Below, in pieces: positions 50,366-64,000 of a stretch of 64,000 nt of DNA. The notes below the pieces were generated by a model that was not told the origin of the DNA, searched no databases, and saw only the letters and a program-made list of their open reading frames with translations. Positions within the stretch are counted from its first letter, which is position 1. The number at the start of each line of letters is the position of its first letter. Where the stretch lies: the NCBI RefSeq assembly GCF_009914755.1, contig NC_060928.1; one strand, written 5' to 3'. The position numbers and the translations under genes were made by a program. The stretch comes from the human T2T-CHM13v2.0 reference genome, Homo sapiens.

Positions 50366-50377
50366 AACCTATGACAG

Positions 50378-50492
50378 AGGCAAGCCCTGGTGCTGTGGGA
50401 GCCCCAAGGAAGAGCCTCTGGCCTGGTGGCCACGTAGCCCAGGAGAGATTTCTACAGGAGCCCACAGCGCTGAAGGAGAGAGAGGCAGCAGA
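50378..50492 (+). other. HTT: HTT intron-49 poison pseudoexon (115 nt; 146-nt form from 50347), induced by splice modulators
   Basis: gacag|AGGC...GCAGA|gtaagg; in-frame TAG at 50435-50437. Sizes match the branaplam/PTC518 pseudoexon as I recall it. Confidence 0.9.
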
Positions 50493-50713
50493 GTAAGGGG
50501 GCTTTGTGGCAGAGAGGGGACTGGCACTTTGGGGAATAGGTGGGTCAGGACTGAATGTAATGGAGCCATGTCAGAGCTGTCCTTCTGGAAGGGCAAGGGC
50601 ACCTGGACGCGCTGCCCCTCAGTGCTTTGGACGGTTCCACAACTGTGATTCACACGGCTTCCCCAAACGAAGGTACACGAGTGGGCATTCTGTGACTCGG
50701 TACTTCCCTTTAG

Positions 50714-50926
<213 letters not shown>

Positions 50927-51810
50927 TAGTTCCTGTCTGCTTCACCATGTTTTTATTTTGTGCTGCCTGTTTGCCAGGTACTAAGCTAGGAATTGGGGAT
51001 GGAGAGGTAGATAAAATATGCATCAGGAAGGGCTGGGCCCCATCTCTTACTCTCCAATATATTGGAGTCTACACTGGAATTTAACTGGAATTTGCTTTTT
51101 TAGTCATTTTATTTAGATTTTGAAGTTTCAGCTTTCATCAAAAATACCTCTAAACTTTATGTCTCTGTGATCTTTGGTCTTAGCTGTTTTATGTATTTAG
51201 TCTTATATGATCATAAGATTAATAACATTACATTCAGAAGATTATTTGTTTTCTGTCAGAGTTAAAATGTTTGTTTTTATACTGCATTGTAATATTAACG
51301 TACTGTAAAATAAAAGTGGCTTGTTCTTTTCAAGGAACAGTATCCTCAACAAGGGTCATTAGCCACAATTTTTAAAAAATTGGACGTCATAGTTTACATG
51401 TTAGAGGGCGTTTTGAAGCTTTGTATTTTTAAATTAAATGTTATAGAGTGATGTTTTCATGTTTCATAATTGTTTTCATCTGTGCATTTGTAGCCAACTT
51501 GAAAACAAAGATCCAGGGATTACTACTTAAAAGCCAGACTTCTTGGAGGTTATAGTGATGATTTTGATAGTATCTTGAGCCGTCTCATAATAACCTCAGG
51601 GTGAGAGATGGCCAACAGGAGACAGTCGAGGGACTTAGAAATCTGAATGAAATCTGAAGTTCAAATCTTCAGACATATACCACTAACCAAGAGATTGGTA
51701 CCTCAGTCTAGTATTGTCTGTTTGTCTAAAATTGGTTCTAAGGAATCTAGGCTAGTCTGTCTATCCCTTTCAACTTTTGTGAGGCTGCACAAATGTAAAA
51801 TGTTGAATAA

Positions 51811-52155
<345 letters not shown>

Positions 52156-53499
52156 TGAACACCTTATCCGTACACATGCGGCTGTCTCTGACCCTACAGA
52201 CCAGCTGGGATGCCACTGGGGGAGCGCTCCCTTCCCCCCGCACTTCCCACACTCTGCAGTTATTCTGAGATCCTTGAGGGCAGGGAACAGGTTTGTCTTC
52301 TTTGTGTTCTCAGAAATTAATGCTCGGCCTCTGGTCAGCAAGCAACAACCTTTTGTTGAGTGATAATGAATAAATAAATGTTTCCCACATGAGTATTCAG
52401 TAACCTCAGTGTCAGGTTCAGCCATCTGTTTTGGTGGATATTTAAAAGAAAATTCCGCTTTTCCTACAGAAAAAAAAAAAAATCCAAATCCCAGTGATTT
52501 AAGCCAGTTATAGACTTAGACATATACTACGGCTTTTCATGCACTTTCCTCCCAATTCTAGAGTAGGTATTTTACTAGGAAAATGGTGGCAGTGCCTGTT
52601 GGGAGGAAGATTCTTTGGCCAAGTGTCTTTTGTTCTTGCCAGGGCCCCTAGGCTGCTGGGGTGCTTCAGCTTCTTTAGCCCAGTGTCTGGTGGGGAATGG
52701 CCCCTGTTGCCTGTCCCACAGAGGTGGGGGTGCCTCACCTGGAGCCTGTCCACACATTTTACACAGCACGCTTACCTGGAGCATCAGGCATCTTTTCCAT
52801 GCTCTGTGGCTCAGGAAACACGCCTTTTCAATCATGAGTGCACCAGTGCTTTTGGGCTTTTTCTCCCCGCTTTTGTGCAATCCTGGTTGTGGATGGAGTT
52901 TTCCTGTCTTTAGTCTTCTGCATAGTACTTTTCTCTTCTGGTTCCCGGTTCAAGGTTTTGTAATTAGAGAATGACCCAGAAGCAATGGCATTTTAATGCA
53001 CAGCCAAGGACTTCTCTGAATTTGTATCTCAAACCTCTGTGGGTCCTTCAGGCTTCAGTTTGTGATTTCATGATTTCTTGTTGCTACCTAAGGAATATGA
53101 AAACACCCACCTCCCTACTCTGCATCTTCCAGCCGAGTGGCACCTCAGGCTGTGGATCCTGTGCTTCTGTGGTGAGGATAAGAATAGTGCCAACCGTGTG
53201 GATTGAAATCAATCAGTTAATCCCTCCATGTAAAGCACCTGGAACGGATGACAGTCTTGTTATGAATACTCAACAAATGCTATCATGATTTTTAGTTAGA
53301 TTTCCATTGCTTTAAAACAGTTGAGACATCTTGGCGGTTTGAGTTAGAGCAACGGGCCCTGAAGTGGGTTCTGTTTGGGTGAAGATGATTATGCTTATTC
53401 CCCATGGCCCTCTTTAGGCAAGAGTGGGAAGCTTTCTTTGTTTTTTTAATCACCTCGATAGGACGTTACTTCTTAAAGGTCATCCAATAAATATTAATA

Positions 53500-53834
<335 letters not shown>

Positions 53835-54520
53835 TTAAGTCCAATGAGAAGTCCTTCTCTATCCTAGGAAGTTGCCCAAACTGTAGAATCTCGTGGCCTG
53901 TGGGTAATAGCCACGTAATACACACTCACTGCCTCAACAAATCATATTTTAGTAGGTATGATATTCTAGACTCAAGACACCATTCTGTGGATCTTCCCAA
54001 GGGTGTGAAGTGTCCACAGCGTCTGCCTTGGGAGTTTCCATGCCCACCAGAACCATGCCCCAAGCCCCTCAAGCACTCTGACCTAGGAAAGCCAGTGAAG
54101 CAAGGATGACAACATGGCCCTTTGATACTAGCTGAGGGACAGACACAGGTCCTGGGAGACCAGAGAAAGACGAGGGGCAGAGGAGGTGTCCTAAAGGAAG
54201 TCTGAGGCTGAGGAGCCACAGGATGGCTTCCAGCTGTCACAGGCTGCTGCTGGCCTTATCACAGAGAGTGGGCCAGAGGGCTGGGAACCAAGGCCAGAGC
54301 TCAGGTTCAGGACCATTCCAGCAATCCCAGCAGAAAATGGGGAGAATTGTATGGTATAGGCGGATATGAAGGTAGAATCTGCAGGCCTTCAGTGGCCAAC
54401 TCAGAGTCTAAGTGGATTCCACAGTTACAGCTTGAGCAGCTGGTTGTAGGTCATGCTTTCTACACTGGGCATATAGGATGTGTTTTTTAAAAAGTCCTCT
54501 CTTAACCGTTGCTTGTTTAG

Positions 54521-54708
54521 ATCCTAAGTATATCACTGCAGCCTGTGAGATGGTGGCAGAAATGGTGGAGTCTCTGCAGTCGGTGTTGGCCTTGGGTCAT
54601 AAAAGGAATAGCGGCGTGCCGGCGTTTCTCACGCCATTGCTCAGGAACATCATCATCAGCCTGGCCCGCCTGCCCCTTGTCAACAGCTACACACGTGTGC
54701 CCCCACTG
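54521..54708 (+). CDS. HTT: Huntingtin exon 52 (188 nt), encodes the C-terminal [13 protein letters not shown]
   Basis: tttag|AT CCT...CTG|gtgagt; [10 protein letters not shown]...TRVPPL. Confidence 0.97.
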
Positions 54709-55105
54709 GTGAGTCTGCTCGTTCCTTGCAGAAGACCAAGTACGGTGAAAGGCACCGGTAGGCCCTGGGCTGGGCACACGTGAGAGGGCGGGACAGAATC
54801 CCCGCAGCCCAGAGGCTGCCTGCTGTGGTTCTGGTGCCCACTGTGGTTCTGGTGCCAGGCTGCTTTCCTCAGGCACCACGTGTGGAGGTCGCTAGTAGAA
54901 ATACTGGGTTTTCTAAAATGAACTGAGGCCCTACATCCCTAAGAGATTAGTGTTAGACCTGATTCTAGAGCAACTAGACCACTTTGCTTAATAGCAGACC
55001 AGAAACCACACCCCCTCGAGTGAGTGAGATTTTCCTTTGGAGATAATTCATGTTTTTCTACACAGTTTTGCAGTTGTCTTCAGAATTGGTTTAAAGTAGG
55101 TGTTA

Positions 55106-55415
<310 letters not shown>

Positions 55416-56898
55416 TCAGAACCCTTGTTTCAGATAACATGAGGAGCTTAGCTTGAGGAGAGTGAGGGTTGATGGAGGGGGACTGACTTCTGCCCAGTGA
55501 AATGGCATCATCTCCCACCAGCCCGCTGAAATAAGATGATGGGGCCTGTTCCTTAGGGCCTGCAGCATCCTCAGGCAGGAAAGAAAGGCCGACCTGGCAG
55601 GGTGTGAGCCAGCAGGTGTAGGTCAGGGAGAATGGAGCCAGGTCCCAGGGAAGAGGCTTGTGGCTGCCTGAGAAGGGTGCGTGCCTGCCTGTGTGTGTGT
55701 GTGCACGTGTGTGTATGTATGCTGGAGAGTCTAGGGAGGCTTGCTCCAAGGACGCAGTATTGTTTGATCCTGAGAGATAAGGATTCTGCCGCAGGGAATG
55801 AAGGTATTCCAGATGGCGGGCTTATTCCGAAGAAGAGGCCAGTGCCTGGCGGTGCTGGAAGCAGTTGCAGAACAGGGAGTTGTAGGCTTTCCTGGGAAGA
55901 GAGCAGCAGGGGTGCTGGAGAAGCAGGCCACACTTGCTGCATGGGGTTGCTCTCGGCCCCACTCTTGGTGCACAGCGAGTCACTGTGGGTTCATTAGCAT
56001 CTGGTTATGAGACAGTAACTGCTCCTTTGGAGGGGCTCGTGGAGACCATGCAGGAGGGCACGGTCTTGAGGTCATGCCGTCCAGAGCACACCTGAGGATA
56101 GGCCAGGACGGGCTGCACGCTGTAGGTAAAATTCCTCCAGCAAGCTCTTCACTGGCATTGAGGAGTTCCCTGAGTGCGGTCATCTGGAAGGCAGCTGTAA
56201 CAGGCACTGCAGTCTCTCCCTGGGTGGGTACCAGAGAGGAGCATAGGGGAGCATAACCGATTTAAAGAGAGGGCTTTCCTGTGGTGAGGTAAGAGATTAG
56301 CTGGTCATTATCATAGAGCCCCCTCTGCCTTTGTGCAGATGGGCTGTGGGAATCCTGGGGTTCCGTTGGGTCCTTTGTCACCTCACTGAAGGCATGTAAG
56401 CTGAGCTGGCCAGACCGTGAGCTGATCCTGCCACTTGAACAGCATCAAGCCTGCCTCTGGATTCTTCTGTGCATGGCACTTGTCTGAGCACCTCACGCAC
56501 AGAGAACTGGACTTCAGAGTTTACAGAAATAAGCTGTATGGTTCATTTTCATGCCTGCTTGCCAATAAACATATCTGAGCTGAACCTCATTGAACGCCTG
56601 CCTTTATTCTAGCACAGCACCTGCTGTTTGTGGGCGAGGGGTGCTGTCTCTAACTCCTGCCTGCTTCTCCCAGCACTCCCTGAGTGGGGTGTGCCAGCAG
56701 CCTCAGGATGAGGACAGGAAGTGGGAGGGCAGAGCAGATTTGGGAGGGCCACTTGATGGGGAAGGAAGTCCCAGGAAGCAGTTGGAGCTGTTTTCTGGGG
56801 GAGAAGGTGCCAGCTCTGGGACAGTGTTGGGGTAGTGAGGAGGGAGCCCAGTGGAGAGAAGTCGGGCTTCCTGCTTCCTCACAGTATGTCTGTCCTGA

Positions 56899-57243
<345 letters not shown>

Positions 57244-57559
57244 TAGATCCCAGTTCCTGTGTTTTGTGGCTTGAATCCCAGCTTTGTGTATTCCGGGCTT
57301 GTTTGAAGTCAGGAAAGGTTCATGTGTAGTGGACAACGTGAGACCAAATTCTGCCTTAGATTTTGCATTTAGGCTAAACAGTGGCAGCACTTGTCTCAGA
57401 ATGTTTTCTTGTGTTCACCAGTCTGATCCTGTTGTGTCTCAGTGGTCCATTTTCTCATATGGGAACAAGCAGACGGGAGCAGATGGAGTCAGGTTTCTTG
57501 GCACTCGCCTTCCCCAGAGCCTAGAGGCAGCATGGGGAGAAAGCAGGCTTGGGGCTCAG

Positions 57560-57700
57560 ACAGTCCTGGTCTGCTTCCAGCCCTCCTACCTGAGCAGCGC
57601 AGGGCAAGTCCGTCTAACCTCTAGAGACCCTCAGTTTTGTCATATGTAAAATGGGGGTCGTGTCTATTTCATAGAATTGTTGCAGATTTAGAAATTACAT
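57560..57700 (+). mobile_element. MIR
   Basis: gggcaagtc...taacctct...ctcagtttt...tgtaaaatgggg. Confidence 0.7.
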
Positions 57701-59142
57701 TTCTAAACAAATGTTACCCCTTATTTCTAAATAAGTGTCTAAATGAATAAGTCACCACTTTTGCCCCTATTTGATGGCAAGAGGTGTGATCTTGTGGTGG
57801 GACTGTAATCAGTCAGTTCTCAGTGACTGTGCCCTGCTGTGGTGTTTCCTGGAATGTTCCTGTCTTGTCCTAGAAAGTCTGGCAGGGGCACCCTGACTCC
57901 ACTGTCCAGTCCTCTCCCCAGTCCCTCGGGCTTCTGCAGATTTGAGGCTTGTTTGGATCCCAGAAGGTTGTGGCAGGAGACACCTTGCCTCTACTTTCCC
58001 CTTTATAATTCAATGTCCAAAGAGAGCCCTGAGCAGGTACCTCACGCCAGCTGCCTCACGGAGCTCCTCCTCTTCCTGGCTGTGAGGATCGGTATCAGTG
58101 GCCTCCTGCTCTCTCCCCCTTGCCTAACACGAGCACCTTTGCTTACTTGGGTGCCCTTGCTCTTGAACTGCCCATCGGACGTGCGTGACCCAAGACTGTG
58201 CCGCAGTCCTTGCCTTGTCTGTGCTCATTTTCTTTGTTCATTTTTTTCCCTGTAACGTAAATTGTTATATTTGTCTGTATCTGTGTCTGAATCAGTCCTG
58301 CACGCTCTCCTTCTCTCTGTCTCTTGTTCTTTCTTTACCCCGTTTATCACGGGGACCCCGATGTCCATTGCTCTAGTTCTCCTGTCCTAAGCACCCCATC
58401 CCGTCTCTCTGGCCTTACCACAAGTGGCGTGGCTGCCTCAGACATCATGATGGGGACATGAAGCACAGCTGTCAGAAACAACTGTTCGTTAGATACACTC
58501 GAATGCAGCTCATCAATAGGGATGGAGGGTCTGTCGGATGTATTTTCACTGAATCCCCGTTCCTACCTTGATACACTCTTTTTAATCTATTCTTCTAGAC
58601 AGGTCAGAGGAACCATTACTTTGACTTTTAAATTTTTAGCAGCTTTATTGAGGTAGAATTCACATACTACAGATTTCACCCACTCTAAGCGGACAGCTTG
58701 GTGGCCATTAGTTTTATCCACAGAGTTGTGCAGCCAGCTGCACAGTCTCAGGGCTGGACTCCAGGGAAGATTTTAGCCCATTTAGTGAGTGGGGCAGAAG
58801 TGGCCCTGGCCCTGCACGAGGTTGCCTGCATGGGCGTCCCTGCCCTGTCCCTGTGTCTGCTCCACTGGGGGTTGACCAGGCTGCCAGGGCCGACTTGGGC
58901 CTGTGCCACCTGCCTCTCATGTGTCTCGGACAGTGCAGCCGATGTCTATACTTCGGTTTCCTCAATGATGAAATGGAGGGGATAGTGTTCCCCGCATCAT
59001 AGAACTGTGTGAGGTTTAAGGGACTCACTGCCCTTGGCGTGGAGCCTTCTCCAGGGGCCGTGCTGTGTCGGCGTAGCTGTCAGCTCTCCGTTACAGGCTT
59101 GAGAAGGGTTGACACTCTCTCATGTAACATTTATATTTCTAG

Positions 59143-59243
59143 GCTGGACCAGTCGTACTCAGTTTGAAGAAACTTGGGCCACCCTCCTTGGTGTCCTGGT
59201 GACGCAGCCCCTCGTGATGGAGCAGGAGGAGAGCCCACCAGAA
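59143..59243 (+). CDS. HTT: Huntingtin exon 54 (101 nt)
   Basis: tctag|GC TGG...GAA|gtaagg; [11 protein letters not shown]...ESPPE. Confidence 0.97.
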
Positions 59244-60050
59244 GTAAGGCCACACCCTGTGCTGGTTGGCACATGGGCAGTTATGGCCGCTTGCAGGCCT
59301 TTGGTGGGGAATAAAATAAGGCAGCAAGCTGGTGTTCTTTTTTTCTCTTACCTTATTTTTGAAAGAGTAGCTGAATGGTGTCTTGACTGATATTCCAGAG
59401 CAGGGACAAAGCCTGCTGAGGTCTGGGGGCTGCGATTACCAATGGCTGGAATGCATTTTATTACGGTGCATTCCATGTTAAGGATCAATACGATTGTGCC
59501 CTTTCTGGAAAATATCTTTTAGTTTATCAATATTCAGAGGAGTGTAGGTTGAATTAAAATGAAAAGGCACTTTATAAAGGCCATGAGTAGTACCTGGTTT
59601 CATTTTTCTAATGTCTTGCAGAGATTTTATCAGGCTTCTTGAAGTGTTCACGTACATTACGCTAACACGATATTAATAATAACTGTGCTCTGGTACAGCG
59701 GAGCCAGCAGAATGGGAAGTTGTGGAATGCAGGCCCTTGATTCTGATAGAAGGTGTGGTTTGAACTCACAGAAATGACAGTTTGGAGGGTAGACATATGT
59801 CACAAGTCATCAAGATTGTCTTTAAATTCATGCATAGAAGCTAACAGGGTGTCATAAGCAAGGCCTGTAAAATGTATGAGGGAATTCAAAGATAATTTAT
59901 TAAAAAGTAATTCATGTTTGGAGTTTTGTGCCCAAAGGAGTCCTTGATTTGAAAAATGGGCTTTTGCCCATCAGATTGTTTCAGGGCCCGTGTGTGCGGA
60001 GGCCCTGCCTTGTGCCCCGTGAGCTCAGCCTGACAGAAATCCTTTGGTAG

Positions 60051-60323
<273 letters not shown>

Positions 60324-60700
60324 TGAGTTCCCACGTGTCTCTGGGACATAGCAGGTGCTGGGGACAGTGGGTTCCCCGCTGAAGCGTCCAGCAGCTTCAA
60401 CCAGGCCGTTTTCCTTCATTGCTAGAATTGAAAACACCGTCCGTGTGGCCTGTGCAGGAGATGCAGACCCAAAGGTGGCCTCCTGGTCAGTGAGAAGCTG
60501 GAAACGTGACAGGAACTGACGTGGGGTTATTGAGCATTTAGGGGAAGACGTTAGCAGAGCAGGAATGAGCAGGCAACTAGTAGAACACCCACTTAAGGGC
60601 TCACGGACAGGTGCTCACTTAGGAAGTGAGTTTCATTTGGTATTACACCAGGTTCCTTTAGGCAAAGCGGAGGGAAAGTTCTGGTGTTTTTCACTTGTAA

Positions 60701-60892
<192 letters not shown>

Positions 60893-62238
60893 TGAGGGAA
60901 AGGGTGCGGGGGAGCGGTTGTACTTGGGCTAGAATGAGAGAAGACTGGCATGCTCACCACACCAGTGATGCGGGAAGACCTGAGTGTGGTCTGAGTTGGA
61001 GGCTGTGGTGCTAAATACGCTGCCCCTTTCATAAGCAGGAGTCTTAGTCAGGCCCAGGGAGGAAGTAAAATCTGGAAATGAATGAGAAGCATTCTCTCCT
61101 GCCAGTCAAGAAATGAGAAGCGAAAGAATTCTCACGGGCTGTAAGACCAGCAGGATTTAAAAGTTGAATTAGTTGCTTATGTTAAGAACTCAACCAAGTT
61201 CATCTACACAAGCTGAATCTCCAGCTTTTCCTAAGAAACCATGTGTGGCAGTGGCTGCAGGGCAGGGCACAGCTGGGCCTGAGCACCCCGCTCCCTGCAC
61301 CTCTCCCCTCCCTGGGCCCTGCCTGTCACTGCCCACTCTCCCACCAAGCCTTCCGGTTGTGTGCCTGCCCTATCACAGGCATCGGAGCTTGTCACCTGGT
61401 TTAAAAGAAGAGAGTTGTGTGGGGATTTGGGATGCACGTTTTTCACTCAAAAGTATTTTAGCGTAGAGCTCTGTGATTCCGTAGCTATTTAGGAGTTTAA
61501 GCACCTTGAAGGCTTTAATTGCAGAAAGTTCTATGTGGACGTGCAATGTGTTATACGCAGTGTCTATGAGACTCAAATGTTTATTAGGGCGTTGAAGTAA
61601 ACTGAGCACTTGGAGGGCCATGGATCCAGCCTTCAAGGAGCTCATAAGTCAGGAGGACCCAGGAGCAATGACCTGTCATAGAAGGCAGAAAAGAGGGGCA
61701 CAGAGGTGGGTGGGAGGCATACACAGGCAGCTCCTGGAGCTCCAAGGGGAGCAAGTGCTTCCAGGGAAGGGGGCGTGGAGGCCCCTTTGGAGGAGGCAAG
61801 TTGATCTGGGGTCTGGCAGAGGGTTAGCTGGGGACATTTAGCGGGAGGCTGGTGCCCGGGAATTGGGGGGATGCCCAGCAGAAAGACATGAGGAGGCTGG
61901 CCTGGGGCGTGGGGGGGTGTGAAAGGTTAAGTGGGGGCATTATCCTGCTCCCGCTCCTGCCGGCTGTATCTGGTCAGCCTGGGCACCGAGGTGGGGTTCT
62001 GGAAGGCACTGTTCACCAAAATGCTTATCTGGGTCCCCCAGAGAGCTTGCCTGCCTGGACTGTCGGCTCGCCTGCAACTGCTGACTCCTAAGCTTTTGCA
62101 GCTCAGCCCACAACCAGTTCCTATTCACAGAGGTGGGAGCTGAGGGGTGACAAGTGACTGCTGCAGTCTTATTTGTCATAGAGAAAAAGTGACAGAGTCC
62201 AGCTTGCCCACTGGCCCTGCCAGCTTAACTGGTTATAA

Positions 62239-62559
<321 letters not shown>

Positions 62560-63077
62560 TGACACACCCAGGAGAAAAGCTCAGTGCACTTTTTAAATGA
62601 AAGGAAGTTTTCCTTTTTTTTAAAAAAAAATTTAATGTTCATTGTTTTTATCTGTTTTATTCCTAGGTCCCGCAAGCAGAGGAAGCATTAGTTTTGTTTT
62701 TATTTATGTTCTGTATTCCAGAAAGTAGTTAAGAGACCTCACATGTAGCGATAGAGATGTGTGTAAGAGACAGTGAGAGGGCGTGACTTGGACTTAAGCA
62801 AGGACCGTGAGACACAAAAAGGGGGGTGAGGACAGAGTGGAGTCAGCTGAAATGCTCAGGAGGAAGTAGACGCCATGAAGGGCCATGGTATGGGGGGCCG
62901 CAGGCGTGGCCGTGAGTGTCCCTGGGGCCAGCTCTTGGGGGGCTCCCTGAGTGTCCCTGTCCCTGTGGCCAGTTCTGGGTGGGAGCCCCGTGTGCAGGCA
63001 GACAGCTCGGCCACTTCCTAGCAGGTCACATTGGTCTGTGCTTCTGTTTCCTCCTCAGATAAGTGAAGGGATTCAAG

Positions 63078-63238
63078 GGTCTGGGTGTGGTGGCTAACAC
63101 CTGTAATCTATAACATTTTAGGAGGCTGAGGCAGGAGGCTTACCTGAGCTCAGGAGGTTGAGGCTGCAGTGAGCCATGATTGCACCACTGCACTCCAGCC
63201 TGGGCAACAGACCAGTACTCTGTCCCTTAAAAAAAAAT
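63078..63238 (+). mobile_element. Alu monomer (FRAM/AluJ-like)
   Basis: Single arm ending cactccagcctgggcaacagac, then an A tail. Confidence 0.8.
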
Positions 63239-63948
63239 GTAAACAGAAACGTAGGGCCATTTGCATATGATGGCACATGGCGTGGAGCCCTACAGGTGTA
63301 TGCTGGGCGGGGCCCGGCTGTGCTGGCCGACTTGCACCTTTCCCTCCACCCCGGTGCTGTGTCTTTCGCTCACCGGGTTCCTGATTTAGTGAAAGCAGTT
63401 GTGCAGGACAGTTCTCTTTGTAGCTTTTGTTTCTGTGGAAATGGGTCAGAATATGGTGTTTAGAAACACTTATGAGCTCTGAGAGTTTCCTCTTCTGAGT
63501 TCCTGGCCTGCAGCCTTCACAGCAGAAACCCTGTGATGTCACAAGCCTGTTTCTGTTCCCTGCTCTCTGCCTGTACTGTCCTGTTTTGTGCCTGCCGGTT
63601 TCAGTGACAGGAAGCAGGGAGCTACTGGACCAGCCTGTATTTTTCTAGACATAGTTGGAAAAAGAAGTCCCACTCTTCTGTCCTTTCACCTTTGACAGAT
63701 GTTTCCACCCCAAGATAAGTGAAAATGACCAATAGGATGCACTGTATTTTTCATGAAAGTGTTTCTGAAGGGCAGGCTGAGAGTGAGAGGCCTGGGGCTC
63801 ACTGGGTGCCTCTGGCCTTGTCCTGGGCCCAGGGACACTGGTCTGTGCCCGAGGTATTCCCTATCCCCCCAACCCCGCTGCATTTGGCCACATCCTTCAA
63901 TGTTTGCGTTGTGTCCAGCGTCCGCAAACCAACTGTCATGGGATCATA

Positions 63949-64000
63949 CTGGGGCTGAAGTACGGTCCCACCCCTGCCCTGTCTGGGGCTGAAGTACAGT
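63949..64000. repeat. Start of a 34-bp minisatellite in intron 57, truncated by the window end
   Basis: ctggggctgaagtac recurs at 63949 and 63983. Confidence 0.7.

Overview
Human genomic DNA from the middle of the huntingtin gene (HTT, chr4p16.3), transcribed on the + strand. I traced 28 GT-AG exons (exons 30-57 by standard numbering, 9072-62499). They splice in a consistent phase into 3984 nt = 1328 codons (CVEEILG...SYKLGQ, about residues 1289-2616 in 21Q numbering). The window starts inside the 5' part of an antisense, decayed primate L1PA (ORF2 N-terminus, ORF1, complete 5'UTR). The introns hold about 25 Alus, including an AluYa5 with all five diagnostic positions, plus old L1M/L2/MIR fragments, MER3, MER5A and Tigger4a DNA-transposon remnants, two minisatellites and several short duplications. 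Almost all other ORFs in the supplied track are repeat-derived or chance. I see no new stand-alone gene system. The most interesting hidden layer is latent splicing: the drug-inducible intron-49 poison exon (115/146 nt, GA|GTAAG donor, acceptor region overlapping a MIR); an in-frame 90-nt Alu exon in intron 41; a 90-nt poison-exon candidate at the same Alu position in intron 40; and an L1 antisense-promoter region with donors pointing into exon 30. There is also a local cluster of A/T-to-G/C changes suggesting GC-biased gene conversion. Repeat subfamily names, rsIDs and literature matches are from memory and need database confirmation.
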